A DNA stretch of 10,707 nt from Elusimicrobiota bacterium (GCA_037137395.1 JBAXKK010000081.1:1-10707); one strand, 5' to 3'; positions 1 through 8,276 are shown, counted from the first letter of the stretch. Program-made: numbers and translations. The notes: generated by a model from the sequence alone, not told the origin.

Positions 1-13
1 TGCGGCCCGGACG

Positions 14-33
14 CGAGGCATAATTATGCCTCG
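14..33. repeat. Perfect 20-bp palindrome CGAGGCATAATTATGCCTCG inside a larger hairpin (outer arms 4-10 and 42-48)
   Basis: 14-23 CGAGGCATAA is the exact reverse complement of 24-33 TTATGCCTCG. GGCCCGG (4-10) pairs with CCGGGCC (42-48). Confidence 0.8.
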
Positions 34-102
34 TTCTAAAGCCGGGCCTCACCTCGTCGGGCCAGGCGCGCATAACGCTGGGCCTTCCGCCCGCTTTGCT
101 GG

Positions 103-167
103 GAATCCTGCAGAATAATTCTGTTCCCTGATTTTATCAATGGGGTATACCTTGAACTGCAGGATTC
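103..167. repeat. 65-bp element bounded by an 11-bp perfect inverted repeat, just downstream of the M48 gene
   Basis: GAATCCTGCAG (103-113) and CTGCAGGATTC (157-167) are exact reverse complements, with smaller internal dyads. Confidence 0.7.
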
Positions 168-170
168 AGG

Positions 171-746
171 TTAGGAATTGCCGGCTACAGGAGTCAGAAG
201 ATCCCTTCCGTTGCGCAACTCGCGCGAATGGTCGTTGAGCCATTTTTTGCGGGCCTTGTAGTCCGGGCAGGCCTCGCCCACCAACCCCCAGAATTTTTTT
301 GAATGGTTCATCTCCCTGAGATGGCAGAGTTCGTGTATCACCACGTAATCCAGTATCTCGGGGGGAGCGGCGGCCAGGCGCCAGTTAAAATTAAGATTCC
401 TTTTTCCGGAACAGCTCGCCCACAGTGTTTTTTGGTCCTTAATAAAAACGCGGCCGTATTCCAGGCCCAGGGATGAACCGATGTTTTTTATGCGCCCCTT
501 TATTATCCCCCCGGCCGTTTTTCTGCCGATGCCGGCGGCGTCAGAATCCGGACCGCCGTGCAATTTTGGGGCCGGGCGAATAGAGGGGTTGGGGGGGTTA
601 GGGGCGGGCGCAAAATCAGTGCGGCGGCCGGGAGAAATGACGGGGCCTGTTACGCGCCTCGGCGTCGGTTCCCGGTGAAAAATCGCGGGGAGATCGCGCC
701 GCAGATTTTCCAGGAACCCTATGACTTCTCGGCAGATATTGTTCAT
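171..746 (-). CDS. M48/YgjP-like (DUF45, SprT-like) zinc metallopeptidase-family protein
   Basis: C-terminal half has the family pattern WASCS...LNFNWRL...LDYVVIHELCHLREMNHSKKFW (HExxH plus downstream NHS..FW). The N-terminal part is atypical and Pro/Gly-rich, and the start is uncertain. Confidence 0.85.
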   Translation of the reverse strand: MNNICREVIGFLENLRRDLPAIFHREPTPRRVTGPVISPGRRTDFAPAPNPPNPSIRPAPKLHGGPDSDAAGIGRKTAGGIIKGRIKNIGSSLGLEYGRVFIKDQKTLWASCSGKRNLNFNWRLAAAPPEILDYVVIHELCHLREMNHSKKFWGLVGEACPDYKARKKWLNDHSRELRNGRDLLTPVAGNS

Positions 747-753
747 ATTAACA

Positions 754-850
754 AGGTGTCAGGTATTAAACAAAATATATCAAGGTTTTAGGTTACAGGC
801 TGTAAATTCCACTGTGTCTGCAACCTGCCGCCTGTCATCTGTTGCCTATT
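754..850. repeat. Degenerate 7-nt-periodic repeats in inverted arrangement
   Basis: AGG at 754/761 and 783/790/797. CTG/CTA at 818/825/832/839/846. 790-800 matches the reverse complement of 816-826 at 9 of 11 positions. Confidence 0.55.
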
Positions 851-1375
851 CTAACATGAAATAAGCTGCACATCGAAAGGAATTTCGTTCAGGACCAGGT
901 TCAGAGACTTGCCGGAAGCCTCGCCAAAAACATGCGTGGATTCTTTAAGGGCGGCGGTCCACCGCTCAAAATCCCCTTTAGGCCACGCCCAGATTTCAAT
1001 CTTATCGCCTTTTGGGATCTCTTTTTTTATGACTTCCCTGAAGCGTACTCCGTCTTCCGGGCTCTCCCTGAGCGCCACAAGTCTGGCCGCGCGCAGGCGT
1101 CTGGCGACCTTTGTCAGCTTGTTGACGGCCACGGTGCCGCACTCTATCCAGACATCCACGCCCCCCGCGTCGTTAGTTATCAGCAGATCCGGATAAAAAC
1201 CTATATCAATTACGGCGGGATGGTTTGGGCCGGCCTCCAGAGCCGGCTCCCGGTCAAAAAACAGTATCGCGGCCGCGAGCCGCAGCGCCACATGCTCCGT
1301 GGTCTCCTCTTCTTTGGCGACGAGCAATATGCGCCTGCTCCCCCCGTTTATATTAAGTTCGCATCTGAGAGTCAT
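851..1375 (-). CDS. yaeQ: YaeQ family protein
   Basis: 174 aa with ETTEHVALRLAA and YPDLL...VWIECG..NKLTK motifs typical of YaeQ (PD-(D/E)xK-like fold). SD-like AAGGA lies upstream of the ATG. Confidence 0.75.
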   Translation of the reverse strand: MTLRCELNINGGSRRILLVAKEEETTEHVALRLAAAILFFDREPALEAGPNHPAVIDIGFYPDLLITNDAGGVDVWIECGTVAVNKLTKVARRLRAARLVALRESPEDGVRFREVIKKEIPKGDKIEIWAWPKGDFERWTAALKESTHVFGEASGKSLNLVLNEIPFDVQLISC

Positions 1376-1414
1376 AGTTCCTTAATTCTATAATTTATGC
1401 GGCCCGGGTGTCGC

Positions 1415-1448
1415 AAAAAATGAACCGCCGCCCCGTCACGGCGGCTCA
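1415..1448 (-). terminator. Intrinsic terminator downstream of the pilin-LRR gene
   Basis: Minus strand reads TGAGCCGCCG-tgacgggg-CGGCGGTTCA-TTTTTT: a 10-bp stem with one G-U pair, an 8-nt loop and a U6 tail. Confidence 0.75.
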
Positions 1449-1486
1449 ACACCTGTCTTTTTTCTTTGCCTCATCCCCGCGCATAT

Positions 1487-2497
1487 TTATACGCTTAACG
1501 ACCACTTGCCGTTTACATATATATATGTGCCAGCCGCTTTTCCGCCGCCGGTATAAAAATTATTAAATTCCGTCCCTTTCGTCCCAAGAGCGGTAGATTT
1601 TCCCTGAGTGTTTTCCCAGATGGCGACATTGGAACCAATTGTGATTTTTGTTATTGCGTTGCCGCTAAACGCGCCGTCATTTATTTGCGATATGTTAGAC
1701 GGCAAGGTGACTTCGGTAAGATTGTTGTTTGTAAACGCCGCAGCGCCGATAATTGTTAATCCCGCGCCAAAATTTACAGCGGTTAATTTATTGCCGTTGA
1801 ATGCGTTTGCCCCCAGTGAAGTTACACTGTCAGGGATATCTATAAAAGTCAGCGCATTGCTGTGAAACGCGTTACCACCTATCGTTATTATGGAGTCCGG
1901 TAATATTACGCTGGTCAGCTTTTCCCATGTGTTTGTTAAGTAGCCATTAAAAAACGCGCTTTGGCCTATTGTTGTTACAATTGTGCCGGCAATTTCCCCC
2001 GGGATTATCAAATCTGTGCCGCCGCCGCCGTTATAACCGCCGATCTTTCCGCCGGTTATGATAAAAGTGAAATATTCCGCAGGAGTAGGCTGAGGAGCGG
2101 GGTGGGCCGCGCCAGTCCACTTGTGTATGCTGCAGCCCATGCTAACCGGGGAGGAAGTTGAAATCCACACATAATAACCGCCTGCCGTACACACCGGGAC
2201 CCTGTCTAAGTACCGCGCCTGATAAAGGGCGCTCAGAGACGCGCTGGACTGGCCGTCGTGTTCAAACTGATAACGCTCTTCGGCCCGCTCCATGATAACC
2301 CGGTTTACCTCGCATTGAGAGGTCTTTGATTTTAAGATAAAATCCGCTATTTTAGGGGCGGCTTTTACCGCGAGAACAGCAGCAATAGCCGCGACCACCA
2401 TCAGCTCAATCAGTGTATATCCCGGTCGGCGCGCGCCGGGCGCTGTGTTTTTTACGGCTCTGCGCCTGTTTAGCTGAGTGAAATCTGCGGTAAACAT
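1487..2497 (-). CDS. Prepilin-type N-terminal cleavage/methylation protein fused to BspA/TpLRR-type leucine-rich repeats
   Basis: Basic leader, then G|YTLIELMVVAAIAAVLAV (class III signal, E at +5). Small pilin head with Cys62/103/122 (CTAGG..CSIH), PAPQPTP linker, then 22-aa repeats such as LTSVILPDSIITIGGNAFHSNA and LTFIDIPDSVTSLGANAFNGNK. Confidence 0.85.
   Translation of the reverse strand: MFTADFTQLNRRRAVKNTAPGARRPGYTLIELMVVAAIAAVLAVKAAPKIADFILKSKTSQCEVNRVIMERAEERYQFEHDGQSSASLSALYQARYLDRVPVCTAGGYYVWISTSSPVSMGCSIHKWTGAAHPAPQPTPAEYFTFIITGGKIGGYNGGGGTDLIIPGEIAGTIVTTIGQSAFFNGYLTNTWEKLTSVILPDSIITIGGNAFHSNALTFIDIPDSVTSLGANAFNGNKLTAVNFGAGLTIIGAAAFTNNNLTEVTLPSNISQINDGAFSGNAITKITIGSNVAIWENTQGKSTALGTKGTEFNNFYTGGGKAAGTYIYVNGKWSLSV
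1655..1918 (-). repeat. Four tandem 22-codon LRR units (aa 194-281) within the pilin gene
   Basis: Consensus LTx(V/I)x(L/I/F)xxx(I/V/L)xx(I/L)xxxAFxxNx repeated four times, with partial units on either side. Confidence 0.85.
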
Positions 2498-2607
2498 AAT
2501 GATTATTGTTGATGCCTATAAAGTTGCAAATATGCGCTTAGCGCGGGGCAAGCAATTGACTATGCTATGTGGGCGACAGAGCCTGGGGCCAACCTGTTAT
2601 GGTTCCC

Positions 2608-4434
2608 CTACTTTCCCAGTTTTAGCGTCATGCGGCAATTGGGGCAATCGAAATCAAGACGGAACAGCCGCCCCTCTTCGTCCTCGAGAAAAAGCGGTTC
2701 AGCCTTTCCCCCCTTGCCGTCCGTTTTGGGGCACATGTTCAGCCTGAGACGCAGGCAGGACTTCATGGTCATAAGCGGCCTGTCGCCTATCTCGGCGCCG
2801 AACTCCGCCGCCCGCTCTATTTCCTTTACGCCGTGCCGCTTGTAGAATTCCACGGCTTTCGCGTTCAGGATATTGGCCGTAAAGTCCAATTCTTTAGCCG
2901 GATATTTGTGAGAAGTCTTTTTGAAATTAACTTCCTGCCGCTTATACGCTGAAATCCGCGAAGCGTCAAGCTGCTCAAGCACCCTGCGCCGCAGGTCGTT
3001 AAGGACGCTGACGGGGATGAAATATGGGGAGGAGAGTTCGAGCTCCAGAGCCTGAAGGTAAAACCCGGTCTCGCCTATCTTTGAGAGTTGCCTTTTTATC
3101 GTCTCCAGCGCCGCTTCGGGCTTTTCGGCCTTGGTCTTACCCGGCATGCACGAGATCCCGGCCTTAAAGCCTTCTTCGTCCGCCGCAGTAAGCGAAAAGC
3201 CTTCGGGCGTTTCGGAGAATTTCAGCCTGACTCCGAGCTTGCGCGCTGACTTTACCCGTTCCAGATCGCGGTTAAATTCCCGGTCCATATTGCGGTATAT
3301 GAGCGTTCCCTCGGAGATCCCGCGCGTGCTCACCGGCATAACCTTGCCGGCTGCGACGATGTTGACATGGGTTCCGCCCAGTACGCCGCGCTCGTCAAAA
3401 AACGAGATGCCGTCGCCGTTATGGAGTGATACTCCGCCTTCCACTCTGAAAGACTTAGTGTCAACTTTGACCGCCCGGCCGACAAGCGCGCCGATAAATT
3501 TAGGGGTGTCCGGCGCCCCCGTGTCCGCGCTTGCCCCGTCCAGAAGATATTCCGTATAGCCGCGGTTGAAGCTTTTGTTTAGATCCGGAGTGAAATCGAT
3601 AAACGACCTGCCGGCCGAACTCTTAGCCAGCTTTTTGCGCGCCAGCACCTTGTCCAGCTCCCGGCGGTAATAAGAGACCACATTCTTCGCGTAGTCAGCG
3701 TCCTTCAGCCGCCCCTCGATCTTTAGGGAAGTTATCCCGGCGTCCAGCAGGTCACCCAGGCGCTTTGAAAGATCCAGGTCTTTAAGCGACAGGAGGTGCT
3801 TGTTCTTAACAAGCTCCCTGCCGGAGCCGTCCTTAAGCGTGTAAAGTTTGCGGCAGGGCTGTGCGCATTCGCCTCTGTTGCCGCTCCGTCCGCCCAAAGC
3901 GTGGCTCAGGTAGCATTGGCCCGAGTATGAAACGCAGAGCGACCCGTGCGCGAAGAATTCCAGCTCCGCCTTCGTTTTTGCCCTTATCGCCCTTATTTCC
4001 ACGAGGGTAAGTTCGCGCCCCAGGATGATCCTCTTGAAGCCGGCCTTTTCCAGAAAGAGGACTTTTTCCGGAGTGATGTTGTGTGTCTGCGTGCTGGCGA
4101 AAAGCGGAATAGGCGGCAGGTCCAGTTCCAGCAGGCCCATGTCCTGTATGATGACGGCGTCGGCGCCGGCTTCCCAGAGGCGGCCGATAAGCTTCCGGGC
4201 GCGTTCCAGTTCAAGATCCGTGAGAACGGTATTCACGGCGGCGTAAACTTTTGCCCGGTATTTATGCGCATAAGCGGCGAGCTTTTCTATGTCGTGGAGG
4301 GTGTTGGCCGCCGCGTGACGGGCGCCGAATTCTTCAGCTCCGATATAGACGGCGTCGGCTCCGCAATTTACTGCCTCGGCGCCCGCTGAAAAATTCTTTG
4401 CGGGCGCCAGCAACTCTATTTTTTTTGTATCCAT
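2608..4434 (-). CDS. rlhA: U32 family Fe-S protein, RlhA-like 23S rRNA C2501 hydroxylation factor with DUF3656-like C-terminus
   Basis: ELLAPA, GADAVYIG, QDMG, ASTQ, HGSLCVSYSGQCYLS..RSGNRGECAQPCR and SLKIEGR motifs. The 608-aa long form and N-terminus closely resemble E. coli RlhA/YdcP as I recall it. Confidence 0.85.
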   Translation of the reverse strand: MDTKKIELLAPAKNFSAGAEAVNCGADAVYIGAEEFGARHAAANTLHDIEKLAAYAHKYRAKVYAAVNTVLTDLELERARKLIGRLWEAGADAVIIQDMGLLELDLPPIPLFASTQTHNITPEKVLFLEKAGFKRIILGRELTLVEIRAIRAKTKAELEFFAHGSLCVSYSGQCYLSHALGGRSGNRGECAQPCRKLYTLKDGSGRELVKNKHLLSLKDLDLSKRLGDLLDAGITSLKIEGRLKDADYAKNVVSYYRRELDKVLARKKLAKSSAGRSFIDFTPDLNKSFNRGYTEYLLDGASADTGAPDTPKFIGALVGRAVKVDTKSFRVEGGVSLHNGDGISFFDERGVLGGTHVNIVAAGKVMPVSTRGISEGTLIYRNMDREFNRDLERVKSARKLGVRLKFSETPEGFSLTAADEEGFKAGISCMPGKTKAEKPEAALETIKRQLSKIGETGFYLQALELELSSPYFIPVSVLNDLRRRVLEQLDASRISAYKRQEVNFKKTSHKYPAKELDFTANILNAKAVEFYKRHGVKEIERAAEFGAEIGDRPLMTMKSCLRLRLNMCPKTDGKGGKAEPLFLEDEEGRLFRLDFDCPNCRMTLKLGK

Positions 4435-4445
4435 AAAGGGTCTTT

Positions 4446-4577
4446 AATCGTAAAGCGTAAAGCGTAAATAGTAAGCGATTCTGCCTATGGCTTATAGCCT
4501 AAAACTTATGGCATATTTTCCGCCTATGGCGGATTGTTAGCGTGAAGCAATCAATATAAATATTACGCTTTACGATT
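4446..4577. repeat. Intergenic element with 15-bp perfect terminal inverted repeat, two heptamer tracts and an internal palindrome
   Basis: AATCGTAAAGCGTAA (4446-4460) pairs with TTACGCTTTACGATT (4563-4577). Heptamers CGTAAAG x2, CGTAAAT, AGTAAGC (4449-4476) and CCTATGG, CTTATAG, CCTAAAA, CTTATGG (4484-4511). Hairpin TCCGCC-TAT-GGCGGA (4519-4533). Confidence 0.8.
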
Positions 4578-5634
4578 TGTGATTTACGCCCCCATTGGCC
4601 TCGGCGTAATCGGCGTCTATCTTATAATACTCGTAGGTGGTTTTGGCCACGCTTGAGATAAAGCCCTTGGCGCTGGAATAATCAGGGACATTGCTGGTCA
4701 GCACCGCTATGATATAGTCGCCGCGCGGAGAGAACACTACGCCCACGTCATGGCAGGACTTGCGCAGCAGGCCGGTCTTGTGCCCTATCTCCCAGCCTAT
4801 GGGAAGCCCTTTCCTTAGCCGGCTGCGGCTCTTGTTGTGCTTGAGGACATCCAGCATGAATTCACTTAAGTTCCGGTCCACCATCTCGCCTTTATAGATG
4901 CGCTCCATCAGCATGGCCATCTCGCGGGCGGTGGTGTAATTTTCCCGCTCAACCCGGCTGGAAGTCAGGCTGAGCCCCTCCGGGTAGATCTTGGTGTAAA
5001 TCAGGCCAAGCTCCGAAAAAGCCTGCTGAAAATAGCTGATGCCGGCGTAATCTATGAGCATCTTTGTGGCGGTGTTGTCGCTCTCGGTGATCATTTTATA
5101 AATGATCCGCATGACGCTAAGGCTTGTGCCGTCGCGCGCCCATTTAAGCGAGCCGGAGCCGCCGGTCCTGTCGTTGCGGGTCAGCTTTATCCGCGTGTCC
5201 AGAGAAATTTCGCCGCGCTTTATCATCTCGCAGGTCGCGACCATGATAGGGACTTTTATAAGGCTTGCCGAGGGGAAAAGTTTATCGGGATTGTACTCCC
5301 ACACTTTGCCGGAGTTAAGGTCCTTTATATAAATGCCCACATGCCCCGTGTAGGCGTAAGCCAGATTCTCCAGAGTCCCCACCATAGCGACCCACTCCGC
5401 GTCTTTGATAGGGTTCTCTACCGCCCGCCTGCGGAAAATATCTTCGGGGGGCGGGTTCAGCTTGTTGAGGATATGTCCGCCGCCCCTGTACAGAAAGAAC
5501 CCGAACAGCGGCAGAAAAAGAGTTAGGAACAGGCGGCGCCTCCCGCGGGCGCGCGCGGCAACGGCGGGGTCGACATGCGCGTGATGGTGCGCTACATGCT
5601 GGTATTGATGATGCGGGGGCTGGAAGTCCTTCAC
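4570..5634 (-). CDS. Class A beta-lactamase-related serine hydrolase (PBP-A-like) with N-terminal membrane anchor
   Basis: SxxK (SLIK), SDN and KTG motifs in order. Hydrophobic segment LFLTLFLPLFGFFLY follows RGRRR. GTG start with GGAG SD at 5640-5643. Confidence 0.88.
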   Translation of the reverse strand: MKDFQPPHHQYQHVAHHHAHVDPAVAARARGRRRLFLTLFLPLFGFFLYRGGGHILNKLNPPPEDIFRRRAVENPIKDAEWVAMVGTLENLAYAYTGHVGIYIKDLNSGKVWEYNPDKLFPSASLIKVPIMVATCEMIKRGEISLDTRIKLTRNDRTGGSGSLKWARDGTSLSVMRIIYKMITESDNTATKMLIDYAGISYFQQAFSELGLIYTKIYPEGLSLTSSRVERENYTTAREMAMLMERIYKGEMVDRNLSEFMLDVLKHNKSRSRLRKGLPIGWEIGHKTGLLRKSCHDVGVVFSPRGDYIIAVLTSNVPDYSSAKGFISSVAKTTYEYYKIDADYAEANGGVNHKS

Positions 5635-5669
5635 GCTTGCTCCGGGCCGTTAAATAGTGCGGCGGATGG

Positions 5670-8138
5670 CTATTCCACGCCCAGGTCGAGATTCTCTCCT
5701 GAGCCTTTATAATCGACTTTAACAGTTCCGCCCTTTTCAACCTGTTTGGTAAGAAGGAATTCCGCCAGCGGGTCTTCCAGAAGGCGCTGAACCGTTCTGA
5801 GAATGGGCCGCGCGCCGTAATTCGGATCAAAACCTTTCTGTATGAGGTGGGTTTTGGCTTCCTTGGTAATTGTGAATTTTACGCCTTTAGCGTCCAGCTT
5901 CTTGCCGACCTTCACTAGGTTCAGTTCCAGGATCTTTTCCATATCCACTATCGTCAGCGGCTTAAAGACGATAATTTCATCTATGCGGTTGATGAATTCC
6001 GGATTGAACACGCGCTTAACCTCGTCCATAACGGTGTCTTTCATTTCGCGGTAATCTTTCGCGTGGTCTTCCTTGGGCGTGAAGCCCAGAGATTTGCCCT
6101 TTGAGATGAGGCGGGCGCCGACATTTGAGGTCATAATGAGGATGGTGTTCTTGAAGCTCACCTTGTGGCCCAGGCTGTCGGTCAGCGTGCCCTCGTCCAT
6201 GATCTGCAGAAGAATGTTGAACACATCCGGGTGCGCTTTTTCTATCTCGTCCAGCACGACCACGGAATAAGGCTTGCGGCGCACGAGTTCGGTCAGCTTG
6301 CCGCCCTCCTCGTAGCCCACGTAGCCGGGGGGCGCGCCAATCAGGCGCGAGACGGAAAACTTTTCCATGTACTCCGACATGTCGATGCGGACCATGGCTT
6401 CCTCGTTGCCGAACAGGAAATCGGCCAGCACACGGGCCAGCTCGGTTTTGCCCACGCCGGTGGGGCCGAGGAAAATAAAATTGCCGATGGGACGCTTGGG
6501 GTCTTTCATCCCTGTGCGGCTGCGCTTAATTGCCTGGGAGACTATGGTGACGGCTTCGTCCTGCCCTATCAGCCGCTGGTGTATCTCACCCTCCATATGC
6601 TTTAACTTTTCTATTTCGCTCTCGGTCATGCGCGTTACCGGTATGCCGGTCCACTTGGAGGCTATTGAGGCGATGTCGTCCTCGGTGACTTCCGGGACCA
6701 CCTTGTCGCGGCCGTCGCGCCATTTCTTTTTGCCGTCCTCCAGCGCTTTTTTAAGCTCCTTTTCCTTGTCGCGGAGCTTGGCGGCCTTTTCGTACTCCTG
6801 GCCATAAATGGCGGCGTTCTTGGACTTTGTAACCTCTTCTATGGCTGCCTCTTTTTCTTTAAACTCGGACGGGGCTATGGAAAGCTTAAGCCTGGCGCGG
6901 GAGCCGGCCTCGTCCAGCAGGTCGATGGCTTTGTCCGGGAGAGCCCGGTCGGTGATGTATTTGTCTGAAAGCTGGGCGGCCGCGATGATGGAGGCGGCGG
7001 AATATTTACACTTGTGGTGAGACTCGTATTTTTCCTGAAGCCCGCTGAGGATCTCTATCGCCTCTTCGACTGTCGGGGGCTCCACTATGACCGGCTGGAA
7101 ACGGCGCTCAAGCGCGGGGTCGCGCTCGATATATTTACGGTACTCGTCAAAAGTGGTTGCACCTATGCACTGCAGTTCGCCGCGCGCCAAAGCCGGCTTA
7201 AGCATGTTGGAGGCGTCTATGGCGCCCTCGGCGGCGCCCGCGCCGATGACGGTATGCAGCTCGTCTATAAACATGATAATGCTGTTTTTGGCCTTACGGA
7301 TCTCTTCTATGATGCCCTTCAGGCGCTGTTCGAATTCGCCACGGTACTTTGTGCCGGCGACGATGGATGCCAAATCCAGGCTGAGCAGCCGTTTGCCTAT
7401 AAGCGTGTCTGAAATCTCCCCGGAGGCTATTTTCTGGGCGAGGCCTTCAACGATGGCGGTCTTGCCGACGCCGGGCTCTCCTATCAGGACGGGGTTGTTT
7501 TTCGTGCGGCGCCCCAAAACCTGAATGACGCGGTCCATCTCGTTGGTCCGGCCGATTACGGGATCCAGTTTCCCCTCTTTGGCCATCTGGGTCAGGTCGC
7601 GGGCGAACTCATCCAGCGTGGGTGTCTTGGTTTTGCTCTTCGTGGCGGCATGATGAGTCGTTTTGCTCTGGGCGGTTTCCTTCTGTGTTTCCTTCTGGTC
7701 CATCTCTCCTAGGATGCTGAGAACTTCTTCCCGCACGGTCTCAAGCTTCAGGCCCAGATTTTCAAGAACGCGGGCGGCCACGCCCTCCTCTTCCCGTATG
7801 AGGCCCATTAAAATATGCTCAGTGCCGATGTAGGAATGGCTCATGTGCTGGGCTTCCTCAACGGCGTATTCCAGAACTTTTTTGGCGCGGGGCGTGAAGG
7901 GTATCTCACCTAAAAGCATCATATTGTCGCCGATGCCCACGATCTTCTCTATCTCCGCGCGTACTTTCCGCAGGTCAGTGCCGAGGCTGGCCAGGACCTG
8001 TGAGGCCACGCCTTCGCCCAACGCTATCAGGCCGAGCAGGATATGTTCGGTGCCGACATAGTCGTGATTAAGGCGCTTAGCCTCTTCCTGCGCTATCAGT
8101 ATGACCCGCTGTGCCCTTTCGGTAAATCTTGTCCCCAT
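5670..8138 (-). CDS. clpC: ATP-dependent Clp protease ATP-binding subunit ClpC
   Basis: Two Clp_N repeats (RFTERAQ..GTEH, FTPRAK..GTEH), Walker A motifs GEPGVGKT and [11 protein letters not shown]-like [24 protein letters not shown] ClpP-docking loop and GARP. 822 aa. Confidence 0.97.
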   Translation of the reverse strand: MGTRFTERAQRVILIAQEEAKRLNHDYVGTEHILLGLIALGEGVASQVLASLGTDLRKVRAEIEKIVGIGDNMMLLGEIPFTPRAKKVLEYAVEEAQHMSHSYIGTEHILMGLIREEEGVAARVLENLGLKLETVREEVLSILGEMDQKETQKETAQSKTTHHAATKSKTKTPTLDEFARDLTQMAKEGKLDPVIGRTNEMDRVIQVLGRRTKNNPVLIGEPGVGKTAIVEGLAQKIASGEISDTLIGKRLLSLDLASIVAGTKYRGEFEQRLKGIIEEIRKAKNSIIMFIDELHTVIGAGAAEGAIDASNMLKPALARGELQCIGATTFDEYRKYIERDPALERRFQPVIVEPPTVEEAIEILSGLQEKYESHHKCKYSAASIIAAAQLSDKYITDRALPDKAIDLLDEAGSRARLKLSIAPSEFKEKEAAIEEVTKSKNAAIYGQEYEKAAKLRDKEKELKKALEDGKKKWRDGRDKVVPEVTEDDIASIASKWTGIPVTRMTESEIEKLKHMEGEIHQRLIGQDEAVTIVSQAIKRSRTGMKDPKRPIGNFIFLGPTGVGKTELARVLADFLFGNEEAMVRIDMSEYMEKFSVSRLIGAPPGYVGYEEGGKLTELVRRKPYSVVVLDEIEKAHPDVFNILLQIMDEGTLTDSLGHKVSFKNTILIMTSNVGARLISKGKSLGFTPKEDHAKDYREMKDTVMDEVKRVFNPEFINRIDEIIVFKPLTIVDMEKILELNLVKVGKKLDAKGVKFTITKEAKTHLIQKGFDPNYGARPILRTVQRLLEDPLAEFLLTKQVEKGGTVKVDYKGSGENLDLGVE

Positions 8139-8144
8139 GTCAAT

Positions 8145-8150
8145 TCCTCC
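8145..8150 (-). promoter_or_regulatory. Shine-Dalgarno site of clpC
   Basis: GGAGGA on the minus strand, 6 nt before the ATG. Confidence 0.8.
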
Positions 8151-8276
8151 ATGGCAAAGTAGAAAATCAGTGTAAATGTATCAGGTAAAACTGCCGCTGT
8201 CTGCGGCCTGACGGCCCTAATCTGTCCGCCATATATAACTATAATATTCGGCGCGATAAAGACGCGCGGAATTTAT

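Noticed and set aside
1..1407. 10-bp direct repeat TGCGGCCCGG at 1-10 and 1398-1407 as a target-site duplication
   Set aside because: It is short and GC-rich, so plausible by chance, and no mobility gene lies between the copies.
1487..1650. Pilin-LRR C-terminus as a diversity-generating retroelement target
   Set aside because: No template repeat copy or reverse transcriptase is present in the window.
2498..2607. Sigma54 promoter or c-di-GMP riboswitch upstream of the pilin gene
   Set aside because: The best sigma54 candidate (TAGCAT-N6-TTGC) lacks the GG and has the wrong spacing, and no riboswitch consensus was recognised.
4446..4577. CRISPR array or tRNA in the repeat-rich spacer
   Set aside because: Units are 7 nt with no unique spacers, there are no cas genes, and there is no cloverleaf or T-loop motif.
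481..5526. Short antisense or alternate-frame ORFs overlapping the M48, yaeQ, pilin, rlhA and beta-lactamase-like genes
   Set aside because: They overlap well-supported genes wholly or largely and have no domain signal.
5315..5830. 171-aa minus-strand ORF bridging clpC and the beta-lactamase-like gene (possible frameshift fusion)
   Set aside because: Both flanking genes are complete with their own stop, SD and start, and the translation is Arg/Pro/Ser-rich off-frame sequence.
5842..8061. Multiple plus-strand ORFs antisense to clpC
   Set aside because: They are shadow ORFs expected opposite a GC-rich gene and show no recognisable motifs.
8191..8228. Third heptamer tract upstream of clpC (CTG at 8201, 8208, 8222)
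   Set aside because: Too degenerate, with no convincing inverted partner.
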